DNA from: Bacteriovorax stolpii | Lineage (GTDB): Bacteria; Bdellovibrionota; UBA2428 | Assembly: GCA_945881775.1 (NCBI GenBank) | Contig: CAMCVE010000007.1 | Coordinates: 32,671-96,670, forward strand | Reading direction: 5' to 3' | DNA length: 64,000 bases | Part shown: positions 18,641-28,151 of the stretch, in pieces | Position numbering within the stretch: the stretch's first letter is position 1 | How the letters are laid out: every line of letters starts with the position of its first letter | Position numbers and translations under genes: made by a program | Notes under the pieces: generated by a model | The model's input: only the letters and a program-made list of their open reading frames with translations | What the model was told of the DNA's origin: nothing | Databases searched by the model: none

Positions 18641-19225
18641 ATGGCTGGCCGTCTTCTCACCTTCCCCAACGGGCTAACAGCTCTTCGCCTCGCACTGATG
18701 CCGCTCCTCGCCATACTCATCCAAAAAGGCGCCGGAGAATGGGCCTTAGCCGTTCTTATCATCGCGGCGCTCACCGATCTTTTTGACGGCTATTTTGCTC
18801 GACGTTGGAAACTCGAGAGCGACGTGGGGCGCTTGATGGATCCGGTCGCCGACAAGATCTTCCTCTGCGTCGCAATTCTTTTTCTTGTGGCGCGTGCGCC
18901 CTACCCGTCAATTCTAAATCCCGACCCCAACTTGAGCCCCTGGCTGGCCGTTTTACTACTCAGCCGCGAATTTCTGGTTACGGGGCTACGCGCCATGGCG
19001 GCCTCCGTGGGAATGATTCTCGCCGCCAGCCCCATGGGCAAATTCAAAGCCGTCCTTCAATTCGTCGGCCTCGGCGCGATCGTCCTTGGGGGCCACATCG
19101 GCGAGTTCTCGCTCTTCACAGTAGGTGAGCTCTGCCTGTGGTTTGCGGTCGTGATGAGCTACTGGAGTATGGTGAGTTACAGCTACCGGGTGTATCTTGC
19201 CTTCAAAGCCAAAGGACAGCTTTAA
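18641..19225 (+). CDS. pgsA: CDP-diacylglycerol--glycerol-3-phosphate 3-phosphatidyltransferase
   Basis: CDP-alcohol phosphatidyltransferase signature D-x2-DG-x2-AR...G-x3-D-x3-D (DLFDGYFARRW...DPVADK). Confidence 0.8.
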   Translation: MAGRLLTFPNGLTALRLALMPLLAILIQKGAGEWALAVLIIAALTDLFDGYFARRWKLESDVGRLMDPVADKIFLCVAILFLVARAPYPSILNPDPNLSPWLAVLLLSREFLVTGLRAMAASVGMILAASPMGKFKAVLQFVGLGAIVLGGHIGEFSLFTVGELCLWFAVVMSYWSMVSYSYRVYLAFKAKGQL

Positions 19226-19240
19226 GACACGGAGCAGCGT

Positions 19241-19999
19241 ATGGACACGGAATTTTGCATCGTTGATGAGCGCTCAATCACAGAAGTCCCCGTTCCTAGT
19301 TACACCGTAGAAGAACACGGGACCTGGGCGCTCCTGCTCGCCAAACAAGAGCGACTCATGGCCTCGCGCGCGTGCAAAGAATTCCTTGACGGACTGGACC
19401 TGGTCCAGTTTCCCAAAACCGAAATTCCACGTCTCAGAGACATCTCAGGGCGCATCGAAGAAAGCACGGGCTGGAAACTCATTCGCGTTGAGGGTCTCGT
19501 GCACACGAAAGATTTTTGGAATCTGCTCTCGCGCAAGATTTTTCCCTCAACCGACTTTATCCGTAAACGTGATGAGCTCGACTACACTCCGGCCCCTGAC
19601 ATGTTCCACGACCTCTTCGGCCACACGCCACTTCTCACGAATCCTGACTTCACGGAGTTCTTTGAAGAGTTTGGACACATCGGCGTGCGCGCAACCAACA
19701 AGTATCCTGAGGAACACGAGATCCACAAAATGCTCGGTCGGATTTACTGGTACACGGTGGAGTTCGGACTGATCCAGACTCCTGACGGCCTGCGCGCTTA
19801 TGGCTCGGGTTCGGTGAGCTCACCACAGGAACTCGAATTTTGCGTCGGCCCCAAATGTCGCCATCACCCCTTTGACATCAATGTCATCGCCAAGCGTGAC
19901 TACGACATCTGGCATTTGCAGGAAGACGTTTTTGTGATTCCGTCCTTCGAAAAACTAGGCAAGGACTTCCGCACCTGGGCCAAGAGCTACGGCATTTAG
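19241..19999 (+). CDS. phhA: Phenylalanine-4-hydroxylase (biopterin-dependent aromatic amino-acid hydroxylase)
   Basis: DMFHDLFGHTPLLTNPDFTEF...EFGLIQT matches the iron-binding core of PhhA. Confidence 0.85.
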   Translation: MDTEFCIVDERSITEVPVPSYTVEEHGTWALLLAKQERLMASRACKEFLDGLDLVQFPKTEIPRLRDISGRIEESTGWKLIRVEGLVHTKDFWNLLSRKIFPSTDFIRKRDELDYTPAPDMFHDLFGHTPLLTNPDFTEFFEEFGHIGVRATNKYPEEHEIHKMLGRIYWYTVEFGLIQTPDGLRAYGSGSVSSPQELEFCVGPKCRHHPFDINVIAKRDYDIWHLQEDVFVIPSFEKLGKDFRTWAKSYGI

Positions 20000-20012
20000 C
20001 GATTGCGCGGGC

Positions 20013-21125
20013 CTAGAGAAGTCTGCGGTAAAGCGTCAAATGCGCGCGCGCCGTAAGCTCCCACGAAAAAAGATGTTTGCGTGTGAGGACCTTCGAAGCC
20101 CACGAACTGCGCAAACTCGCGTCAGAAGCCAGAGCCGCTAGAATCTGCCGCAAATCCGAGACGCCATCTTTGGGATCAAAATAGAGAGCGCTCGAGCCTG
20201 CGATTTCATAGAACGGCGCGATCTGCGACAGCACTAGTGGCTTGTCAAAGAACATCGCCTCGCAAGCCGGCAGACCGAATCCTTCATCGAGCGACGGCAG
20301 CACCACAGCGAGACTCGCCCCGTAGAGGGCGCTCATGTCCGATGTAGAAAGATCTTGAAACCAAAAACAGGGAGTCTTGGCACAGAGCTCTTCACGCCGC
20401 TTCTCGACAGCCTCCCAGCCGTAACCCTTGCCGCCAACAAGCACCAGATCCAGCTCGGGAAGCGACTCCATGGCACGAAATAACAGCTCGTGATTCTTGC
20501 GCACTTCCAGATTTGCAACACACAAGAAAAACGGGCGTCCCTTGGCAAGATACGCCTCGACAACACTCGCGGGACCCTTAGGTGCAAGAATCGGAGCAGT
20601 CTCGTTGGAGAGAAGCGGACCCCAGGGGATCACTGTCACGCGGCCTTTGAGCTCAGGCTTGCGCTCGACGAGTTGCGACTGAACATGCAGAGACGGGACG
20701 ATGACGTGATCGGCGCGCCTCAGCGAGCGTTCAAATTTTCTCTTTTGCGCCCGCTGAAATTCCGGAGCCTGGTACGAATTTTCCCACAGGGTCCAGCAGT
20801 CATGGACGGTCATCACGCGTCGGGAATTCTTCAGACGCGAGAGGATAGGATCAACGCTGTGATAGAGACCCTCCACCCCACTCCACTTCTGGAGCACACC
20901 CAATTCCTTCGTGCGAGCGAGAAGTTCCGCTGAATCAAGAGAAAGGCTCGGGATATCCGCTTTGGCTGGAGCGCGGCGAGTCCATGTCGAAAGACTGAGT
21001 CCCGTCTCGACGCTCGAAATGCGCCTGAGCGAAGACTCGAGACGACGAGCGCAGAGTCCCACGCTCGTGCGCGGACCACGAATCCAAGACGTGACGTCGA
21101 GATTGAGATCAAGCTTGTTCAGCAA
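20013..21125 (-). CDS. Glycosyltransferase family 4 (GT-B fold)
   Basis: C-terminal LVLVGGKGYGWE...PSLDEGFGLPACEAMFFDKPLV is the GT4 EX7E-type region. The N-terminal 60 aa are low-complexity, so the true start is uncertain. Confidence 0.65.
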   Translation of the reverse strand: MLNKLDLNLDVTSWIRGPRTSVGLCARRLESSLRRISSVETGLSLSTWTRRAPAKADIPSLSLDSAELLARTKELGVLQKWSGVEGLYHSVDPILSRLKNSRRVMTVHDCWTLWENSYQAPEFQRAQKRKFERSLRRADHVIVPSLHVQSQLVERKPELKGRVTVIPWGPLLSNETAPILAPKGPASVVEAYLAKGRPFFLCVANLEVRKNHELLFRAMESLPELDLVLVGGKGYGWEAVEKRREELCAKTPCFWFQDLSTSDMSALYGASLAVVLPSLDEGFGLPACEAMFFDKPLVLSQIAPFYEIAGSSALYFDPKDGVSDLRQILAALASDASLRSSWASKVLTRKHLFSWELTARAHLTLYRRLL

Positions 21126-21337
21126 AGCACTTTTTCCCGTGAACTGGGGTGAGTGCGACAGGCCGACTCAGCTCGAGCCGAGCTCGCAAGCAAGGCAAAA
21201 GCCAATGAATACTGCTTCATGAGGATGATCTCCCTCCCTGAATAGTATCCCAAAGACCGCTCGTCGCCCAGACCCCGCCCCACCTTAACCAAATCTTCAC
21301 CAATCTCCGTCTCATTGGAGGATATTCTCATCCCTAG

Positions 21338-22201
21338 ATGCGCCTGCTCGTAACCTTTATTCTTGTCGTCTCGAGTCTGTCCGTCTTTGCTCAACATGGG
21401 CCGCACTTCAACGAAGGCATCCTGTCATTTCCAAAGATCGAAGCGGCGCCTGAGCGACTCACTCAACTTCGCAAGAACGATCAAAGTCGCAGCAACACCG
21501 AGCTCCTCGCCCGACTCAGAAACCTGGAGCAGGTCTGCATCATGACATCTCCCCAGGAACAGTTGAAGCGGGCTCAGCGCATCGATGAGCGGATGATGGA
21601 TCTGCGCAAAATTCTCGAGAGCCGCGCGGAGTCTGAGGCGCTTGAAACCCTGGACGCACCCGAAGACTATCTTGTGTCTGAGACGCCGACCTGGAAACTG
21701 CAAAGCGTCTGGGAGGCTCGCGTCGAAGCCGCCTCACCCGAGCGTCGTTGCGAATGGGTAGAACTGCTTTCGGCAGTCGCCGTCGCACGCCTCTCGACGA
21801 TCCCGGCCTCAAAACCCATTTGCAGATTTCAGGACTTTATCTGCGAAGACGCTTCCGACAAACTTTTCGTGAGAGACACCCGTCGTCTTAACTGGGAGCT
21901 CCGCTACCTCGCAGCAATCGACAGCAAGGATCTCCCTTCGAAACCGGAATCGTGTCGCGCCAATCTTTCTGAAATGAAAGAGCGCCTGCAATTCGCTGAA
22001 CCCGCTAAGGACAAAGGTGCGCATCGCTGGCCCCTAGGCCGAGCCATCGGCATGTGCGGTCGCCCGATGAGCGCTCACTACTTGGACCAAGCATTTATGG
22101 ACGGCAAGATGTCCAAACCCAAAGCCTGGAACTTAACTCCTCAAGTCGGCTGGGACGAGATCCTCGACATCGAGGAACAAGATATCAGCTCGAAGAACTA
22201 G
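21338..22201 (+). CDS. Hypothetical secreted protein (287 aa)
   Basis: Signal peptide MRLLVTFILVVSSLSVFAQ. Cys-containing, with no known motif. Confidence 0.5.
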   Translation: MRLLVTFILVVSSLSVFAQHGPHFNEGILSFPKIEAAPERLTQLRKNDQSRSNTELLARLRNLEQVCIMTSPQEQLKRAQRIDERMMDLRKILESRAESEALETLDAPEDYLVSETPTWKLQSVWEARVEAASPERRCEWVELLSAVAVARLSTIPASKPICRFQDFICEDASDKLFVRDTRRLNWELRYLAAIDSKDLPSKPESCRANLSEMKERLQFAEPAKDKGAHRWPLGRAIGMCGRPMSAHYLDQAFMDGKMSKPKAWNLTPQVGWDEILDIEEQDISSKN

Positions 22202-23858
22202 TTCCCTGAGCAAGTTTCGCTTCAAAGACAGCTTTAGACGCCTCAAAACTATTGGCGAACCACTCGATGCCCTGGGGAGCGTTCTTCTTAGTGTATTCGA
22301 ATTCCCAGTCGCTCTTAAACAAAGCCACCCAGTTGCCATGCTGGTCTTCAACGAGAGGCACCCTCAGGTCGAGAGTCTTAGGATCGATCTTCTTGTCCTT
22401 AAAAAGCAACCAACGCGCAGACTGGAATGCTTGCCTGTCCAAACGAGCGTCGACGCCGTATTCGTCTTTGAGACGGTACATCATCACGTCGAACTGCAGC
22501 GGGCCCACAACACCCAAGATGGGATCTTGCATGCCCACGCGCGGATCCACAAAGAGCTGAACCATGCCCTCTTCGCAAAGCTGCGAAATGCCTTTTTGAA
22601 GTTGCTTGCGTTTCATCGGGTCTTTCAGGGTCAGTCGCCCAAAGTTCTCAGGCGAGAACTGCGGGATGCCCTCAAAATCGATTTTCTCTGAGCCCGTATA
22701 GAGCGTGTCGCCAATCTGAAAATGACCTGGATCATGAATCCCTATGATGTCGCCTGCAAAAGCTTCGTCAACCGTGTTGCGATCTTGCGCCATGAACTGC
22801 TTGGAGTGCGTGAGTCTTACAGTTTTCCCTAGCCGCGAATGCTTGACATCCATGTCGCGCGCAAAACGACCGGAGCAGATGCGAAGGAACGCGATCCGGT
22901 CGCGATGATTCTTGTCCATGTTGGCCTGAATCTTAAAGATGAAGGCCGTCAGACGTGGATCGGTTGGCTCGATGGGCCTCGGGAGAGCGGGCTTCTTGTG
23001 AGGAGGGGGCGCGAACTCGTGGAAAATATCGAGGAACACCGAGAGTCCAAAACCCGACTTCGCACTTGCAAAAGTAACAGGCGAAATCTCGCCCCTCAAA
23101 AAAGCTTCGCGGTCAAAAGGCCCCAGGCCACCTTCGAGCAGTTCGATCTCTTGCACGAGCTTGGCTTGTTGTTCTTCGTCGATCCATTCGAGTAGCCGCG
23201 GGTCCGAAGGCTCACATTTCAGTGTCCGCGCTTTGGCCTGGAAACCCGCCTTTTCCGGCGGATCGAAAAACACGAATTCGCGGTTCAGGCGATGATAGAC
23301 GCCCTTGAAGCTAGGCCCCATGCCGATCGGCCACGTGAGCGGATTGCAGGAAATCTTAAGCACCGCTTCGATCTCTTCGATGATCTTGAAAGGGTCGTGC
23401 CCCTCGCGGTCCATCTTGTTAATAAACGTAAAGATCGGAATTCCGCGCATGCGGCAGACATCGAAGAGCTTGATCGTCTGAGGCTCGACGCCCTTTGCGA
23501 TGTCGATAACCATCACAGCAGAATCGGCAGCCATCAGTGTGCGGTAGGTGTCCTCGGAGAAATCTTGGTGTCCAGGCGTGTCGAGAAGGTTCACGCGCTG
23601 GCCTTTGTAGTCAAATTGAAGAACCGACGAGGAGACCGAGATGCCCCGTTGTTTTTCGAGCTCCATCCAGTCCGAAACTGTTTTGCGACGATTGGCCTTG
23701 GCAGAAACCTCGCCGGCCTCGTGAATCGCGCCGCAATAAAGCAGTGTTTTCTCAGTCAGAGTGGTCTTGCCTGCGTCAGGGTGCGAGATGATCGCAAAAG
23801 TACGACGGCGAAGGGCCTCAGACAAGGCACGCTTTTCCTGGATCAGATCTTGGGTCAT
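22185..23858 (-). CDS. prfC: Peptide chain release factor 3
   Basis: GTPase motifs AIISHPDAGKTTLTEK, DTPGHQDF and NKMDR, with full-length conservation to RF3. ATG at 23858; the track start is a TTG. Confidence 0.9.
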   Translation of the reverse strand: MTQDLIQEKRALSEALRRRTFAIISHPDAGKTTLTEKTLLYCGAIHEAGEVSAKANRRKTVSDWMELEKQRGISVSSSVLQFDYKGQRVNLLDTPGHQDFSEDTYRTLMAADSAVMVIDIAKGVEPQTIKLFDVCRMRGIPIFTFINKMDREGHDPFKIIEEIEAVLKISCNPLTWPIGMGPSFKGVYHRLNREFVFFDPPEKAGFQAKARTLKCEPSDPRLLEWIDEEQQAKLVQEIELLEGGLGPFDREAFLRGEISPVTFASAKSGFGLSVFLDIFHEFAPPPHKKPALPRPIEPTDPRLTAFIFKIQANMDKNHRDRIAFLRICSGRFARDMDVKHSRLGKTVRLTHSKQFMAQDRNTVDEAFAGDIIGIHDPGHFQIGDTLYTGSEKIDFEGIPQFSPENFGRLTLKDPMKRKQLQKGISQLCEEGMVQLFVDPRVGMQDPILGVVGPLQFDVMMYRLKDEYGVDARLDRQAFQSARWLLFKDKKIDPKTLDLRVPLVEDQHGNWVALFKSDWEFEYTKKNAPQGIEWFANSFEASKAVFEAKLAQGTSSSS

Positions 23859-23940
23859 GGGGCCCAACTAACTGCTTTTGGGGGCAAATGTCGAGAAAGA
23901 GGGCTTGTCCGCCGTGAGCCACGCCCGTATAAGGAGCTCC

Positions 23941-24348
23941 ATGGGCGGCAGCAATCCGTATATCGACAACTCCAACGTAGCTAGGCCTACAAAACCCTAC
24001 AAGATCCGCTTCCTTCCGATGGACGTCACCCTTGAAGTCGACCCTAAGAAGCTGCCCTACGACGACCACGGTCTTGAGGGCTCGATTTTGGAAATCGCGA
24101 TGGGCCACGGCATCGACATCGACCACGCCTGCGGCGGTGTCTGCGCGTGCAGCACCTGCCACATCCTCGTCAAAGAAGGCCTCGAGACCTGCAACGAGCC
24201 CATCGACGCCGAGCTCGACCAACTCGACAATGCCCCTAAGACCACTTTTCAGTCGCGACTCGCCTGCCAAACAGTGCCCAACGGATCACGAGACATCACG
24301 GTGCAGATTCCTTCTTGGAACCGCAACCTGGCCCGCGAAGGGGCTTAA
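23941..24348 (+). CDS. fdx: 2Fe-2S ferredoxin (adrenodoxin/Fdx-type)
   Basis: CGGVCACSTCH...C ligand pattern. AAGGAG RBS upstream of ATG 23941. Confidence 0.75.
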   Translation: MGGSNPYIDNSNVARPTKPYKIRFLPMDVTLEVDPKKLPYDDHGLEGSILEIAMGHGIDIDHACGGVCACSTCHILVKEGLETCNEPIDAELDQLDNAPKTTFQSRLACQTVPNGSRDITVQIPSWNRNLAREGA

Positions 24349-24689
24349 GTGAGTTTGAATCCCTGAATGCGAAGTTCAGGAACAATCGTCATGAGCGTGG
24401 ACTCGAGAAACGCGTAGAGCTCGCGCCCCTCGCCCTTGTCATCGACCCAAGCACGCCTGACTTCGTCGTAGTTGAAATGCACGGCAATCCCTTGGGCTGC
24501 GATCGCAAGCCAGAGCTGACGCACCGAGGGCTGCGTCGAGAGGATCGTTTTGCCGCGCTTTGAGACGAGCGAGAGTGTGCCCATGCCGGCTTCAACCTCA
24601 ACCAGGTCAGGATCGACCGATTCAAAGGCGTGCTCGACGTGGGTGTAGACTCCCTTGACAAGCAGTCGGTAGGTTTTCTCGTCCATCAT
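24345..24689 (-). CDS. cyaY: Frataxin-like iron donor protein CyaY
   Basis: 114 aa. ...KRGKTILSTQPSVRQLWLAIAAQGIAVHFNYDE...WVDDKGEGRELYAFLE matches the CyaY/frataxin core. Confidence 0.7.
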   Translation of the reverse strand: MMDEKTYRLLVKGVYTHVEHAFESVDPDLVEVEAGMGTLSLVSKRGKTILSTQPSVRQLWLAIAAQGIAVHFNYDEVRRAWVDDKGEGRELYAFLESTLMTIVPELRIQGFKLT

Positions 24690-24693
24690 AGGC

Positions 24694-26751
24694 TCAGATC
24701 AATCCATCGCGCTTTAAGAGTGCATCGGGATCGGGTTCGCGACCGCGGAATTTTTTGTAAAGCTCCATGGGGTGCTCCGAGCCTCCCTTGGCGAGAATAT
24801 TGTCCCGGTAGCTCCTCGCGACTTCCTCGTTGAAGAGACCCTTCTCTTTGAAATACGCGAAGGCGTCGGCATCCAGCACCTCGGCCCATTTGTAGCTGTA
24901 ATAACCCGACGAATACCCGCCCGCAAAAATATGCGCAAAACTGGGGCTCGAAGCTGTTCCAGGAATTTTTTCGAGGATGCGCGTCGGAGCGAGCACTTCG
25001 TCCTCGAAAGCAAAAATGTCGTGCACCTTGCTGGGATCTTGCGCGTGCCAAGCCATATCGAGGAAGCCGAAGCTCACCTGGCGAATCGACATGTAGCCCG
25101 TCTGGAACTTGCGAGCCGCCTGGAGTTTTTGGATCAGGTCATGCGGCATCTTCTCGCCGGTCAGGTAGTGCACAGCAAAGAGATCGAGGACATCTTTCTC
25201 TAAGAGCCAGTTCTCCATGAACTGAGAAGGGAGTTCCACAAAATCCCAGAACACATTCGTGCCCGCGACTGAGCGGTAATTGCACTTCGACAAAAGTCCG
25301 TGCAGGGCGTGACCAAACTCATGGAAGAGAGTCTGCACTTCGTTGAAAGTCAGAAGCGAAGGCGTTGTCGATGTGGGCTTCGTGAAATTGCAAACGATCG
25401 AAACGTGGGGACGGCGAACCTTGCCTTGCATGAAGCCCTGCTCACGAAGCGCGGTCATCCAAGCCCCACCCTTTTTTGTCGGGCGAGGGAAATAGTCCGT
25501 GTAAAAGAGGCCCACAAAATCACCGGTCTTGAGATCGGTCGCACGGTAAGCCTTCACGTCGGGGTGATAAACAGGAAGGGATTCATCACGCGTGAACTTC
25601 AAGTCAAAAAGTTTTTCCGCCAAACGGAAGGCGCCCTCTGTCACGTTCTCGAGCTTGAAGTAAGGACGCACTTGGCCCTCATCGAAAGAGTACTTCTCCT
25701 CTTGAAGACGTTCCGAGTAGTACGCAAAATCCCAGGGCTTCAGATCTGCACCGTCGCCAAGTCGTTGTTTGAGTTTGCGCACATCCTCGACGTCCTTTTC
25801 GGCATGGGGTTTGGCCACATCCAGAATGCGGGTGAGGAAGCTAATCACAGTTTGTGGCGATCCCGCCATGCGCTCTGCGAGCACGTAATCGGCGTGAGTC
25901 GTGAAGCCCAGAAGTCGCGCGCGCTCAAAACGAAGCTGAGAGATGCGTTGAAGAATCTTGACGTTGTCGGTGTCGCCGCCAATCGAGCGAGCGGCATAGG
26001 AACGGTACATCTTCTCGCGCAGACTGCGGTTCTTTGAGAACTTCATAAAGGGAATAAAGATGGGCATGTCGAGAGACAAAGCCCAACGTTCTTTCACACC
26101 ACGCTCTTTTGCGATAGCTTCCAGAGCTTCACACATCGAAGCAGGCAGTCCCTCGAGCTCTGACTCGTCGGCGATAGGATGCACAAATGAGTTTGTCGCC
26201 TTCAAGAGATTCTCGGAGAATTGAGGGCCAAGCGTTGAGAGTTCTTGATCGAGTTTGCGAAGCTCTGCCTTGGCTGCGTCGCCAAGAAGCGCTCCGTTGC
26301 GCACAAAACCCTTGTACTGCTTCTCGACGAGTTTGATTTGTTCGCCGCTCAAATTGAGTTGTGCCTTGCGATCGTGAAGAGCCTTCACTCGCGCAAAAAC
26401 TTTTGCATCAAGCGAGATGTCGTTGGAGAACGCCGCAAGTTTTGGCGAAATCTCTTTGGCAAGTGCCTGGAACTCAGAGTCGGCCTCGGCACTGAAAAGG
26501 TTGAAGTAGGTTTCAGAAGCGAGATCGAGTTCCTCGGACATTGTCTCAAGGGCAAGGGCCGTATTCTCGAAAGTCACTTCTCCGGTTGCTGACTGGAGGG
26601 CCGCGAGCTTTTGCCTGGCCGATTCAATTCCCTTCTCAACTGCGGGCATAAAATGCTCTGTTTTCAGAAGGTTAAAGGGAATACATCCCTCAGGTCCCGA
26701 GAAAACTGAAAGAAGAGGATTGGCTTGAGTATCTTTCGAAATCATCCCCAC
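24694..26751 (-). CDS. dcp: M3-family oligopeptidase (peptidyl-dipeptidase Dcp / oligopeptidase A-like)
   Basis: HEFGHALHG zinc site plus full-length M3 architecture. Confidence 0.85.
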   Translation of the reverse strand: MGMISKDTQANPLLSVFSGPEGCIPFNLLKTEHFMPAVEKGIESARQKLAALQSATGEVTFENTALALETMSEELDLASETYFNLFSAEADSEFQALAKEISPKLAAFSNDISLDAKVFARVKALHDRKAQLNLSGEQIKLVEKQYKGFVRNGALLGDAAKAELRKLDQELSTLGPQFSENLLKATNSFVHPIADESELEGLPASMCEALEAIAKERGVKERWALSLDMPIFIPFMKFSKNRSLREKMYRSYAARSIGGDTDNVKILQRISQLRFERARLLGFTTHADYVLAERMAGSPQTVISFLTRILDVAKPHAEKDVEDVRKLKQRLGDGADLKPWDFAYYSERLQEEKYSFDEGQVRPYFKLENVTEGAFRLAEKLFDLKFTRDESLPVYHPDVKAYRATDLKTGDFVGLFYTDYFPRPTKKGGAWMTALREQGFMQGKVRRPHVSIVCNFTKPTSTTPSLLTFNEVQTLFHEFGHALHGLLSKCNYRSVAGTNVFWDFVELPSQFMENWLLEKDVLDLFAVHYLTGEKMPHDLIQKLQAARKFQTGYMSIRQVSFGFLDMAWHAQDPSKVHDIFAFEDEVLAPTRILEKIPGTASSPSFAHIFAGGYSSGYYSYKWAEVLDADAFAYFKEKGLFNEEVARSYRDNILAKGGSEHPMELYKKFRGREPDPDALLKRDGLI

Positions 26752-26774
26752 AATCTAGGCCTTCAAGACTGTCC

Positions 26775-27263
26775 TTGAAAGCCCAACTCGTCTCGAATAG
26801 ACGGGTTCCTCGCATGGCGTCAGTCACCTTTTTACCGCGCCGGGACCCCACCCGCAGCCATTTCTGGCAGAAGCCCGGCTGGCAAAAATGGCTCGGCCCC
26901 TGCGCGTCGCTCGTGTGCCTGGTCCACTGCTTTAGCTTGCCATTTGTCTTGCTCATGGCACCAGGCCTTCTTCAGGTGATCCCCTATCAGTTCCTCCACG
27001 AGCTTGAACTTGTTTTCTGGATCCTCGCCGTTGAGCTCGGCGTCTTTACCCTCGTCAAAGCTTCGGTCCCCCTGGGCTGGATCCGCCTTTTTGCGGCCCT
27101 CTCTCTCGTGGCGCCTCTCGGAACATTCTTATACCAGCCCCTCGTAACCCATCTGACTTTCATCGCGATGGCGCTTTTGCAATTTGTCCTCGTGTTTGTG
27201 GTCCATGCCCGCGCCCACGGCGCCCAAGAGGCTCCTCTTTGCTGTGAAGGTCATGAGCACTAA
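26775..27263 (+). CDS. MerC-like metal-binding membrane protein (tentative)
   Basis: Four TM helices with Cys pairs inside TM1 (CASLVCLVHC) and a C-terminal CCEGHEH tail. Confidence 0.4.
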   Translation: MKAQLVSNRRVPRMASVTFLPRRDPTRSHFWQKPGWQKWLGPCASLVCLVHCFSLPFVLLMAPGLLQVIPYQFLHELELVFWILAVELGVFTLVKASVPLGWIRLFAALSLVAPLGTFLYQPLVTHLTFIAMALLQFVLVFVVHARAHGAQEAPLCCEGHEH

Positions 27264-28149
27264 GCTTCCTGCCCCACCCTCTTTTGGCCAAGTCTCTCTC
27301 GATATCCCAATTCAGCGTGAGCGCGATCGCAACTTCCACCTCGGCGGTCGAAGTTTTTACTTCTTTGATTTCGATGACAACGTGGTGCACTTGCACACAA
27401 AAATTGTCGTCTTCCACAAAGTCACAGGGGCGGAGAAAGAGGTCTCGACGACCGACTTTCCCCAGGTGCATCCCCAGCTCGGCCGCACGGGAACGGAGTG
27501 GGAGCACTACGAGGCGCGTGAGTTGAGCGACTCAAACTCGTTCCGCAACTTCCGAGAAATGCCCGCACACTTGCTAGGCGGCCGTCCGCAGCCCCTCGTG
27601 GCCGACATGCTCTCCGCTCTCCAAAATCCCTTTCAGGATTGGCGTGGGCCGTCTTGGTCCTTCTTCGAAAAAGCCGTCAATAACAACCGCCCAATCTCGG
27701 TGATTACTGCGCGCGGACACCACCCCCACACCATCCGTCGTGGGATCGACCTGCTCGTGCTCTCTGGCGATTTGGCCGCGCACCCGAACTATCTTTCGGT
27801 TTATCCCGTCTCGAATCCAGAGATTCGTCGTCAGCTGGGCGACAACGAGATGAAAATGTCGACGGGCGATCTTAAGAAGATTGCGATCAAGGTCGCCGTG
27901 GCCGACGCCTTCGCCTGTTACGGCGAGAATCCGCACCACCGCTTCGGCATGTCTGACGATGACCCACATAACGTCGCGCTTATTATTGAGGCCATGCGCG
28001 AACTCAAAGAGCAGCATCCGGACAATGCCTTCTACGCTTTCAACACCTTTGGCGGGAAGATCGTCCGAGAAGAAGTACTTGTAGGTGGAACCGTTAAACG
28101 TGACGTCGTCGAATCCGACGACGCCAAATCTCAAATGAGTCTGTTCTAA
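27253..28149 (+). CDS. Hypothetical protein, possibly a HAD-like phosphatase
   Basis: FYFFDFDDNVVHL (motif I-like), SVITARG (motif II-like) and GMSDDDPHN (motif IV-like). Start trimmed to MSTKLP to avoid overlapping the upstream gene. Confidence 0.45.
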   Translation: MSTKLPAPPSFGQVSLDIPIQRERDRNFHLGGRSFYFFDFDDNVVHLHTKIVVFHKVTGAEKEVSTTDFPQVHPQLGRTGTEWEHYEARELSDSNSFRNFREMPAHLLGGRPQPLVADMLSALQNPFQDWRGPSWSFFEKAVNNNRPISVITARGHHPHTIRRGIDLLVLSGDLAAHPNYLSVYPVSNPEIRRQLGDNEMKMSTGDLKKIAIKVAVADAFACYGENPHHRFGMSDDDPHNVALIIEAMRELKEQHPDNAFYAFNTFGGKIVREEVLVGGTVKRDVVESDDAKSQMSLF

Positions 28150-28151
28150 CC

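Noticed and set aside
25300-26037. 245-aa plus ORF, with 23292-23984 being similar
   Set aside because: Antisense to the M3 peptidase and prfC respectively; no motifs.
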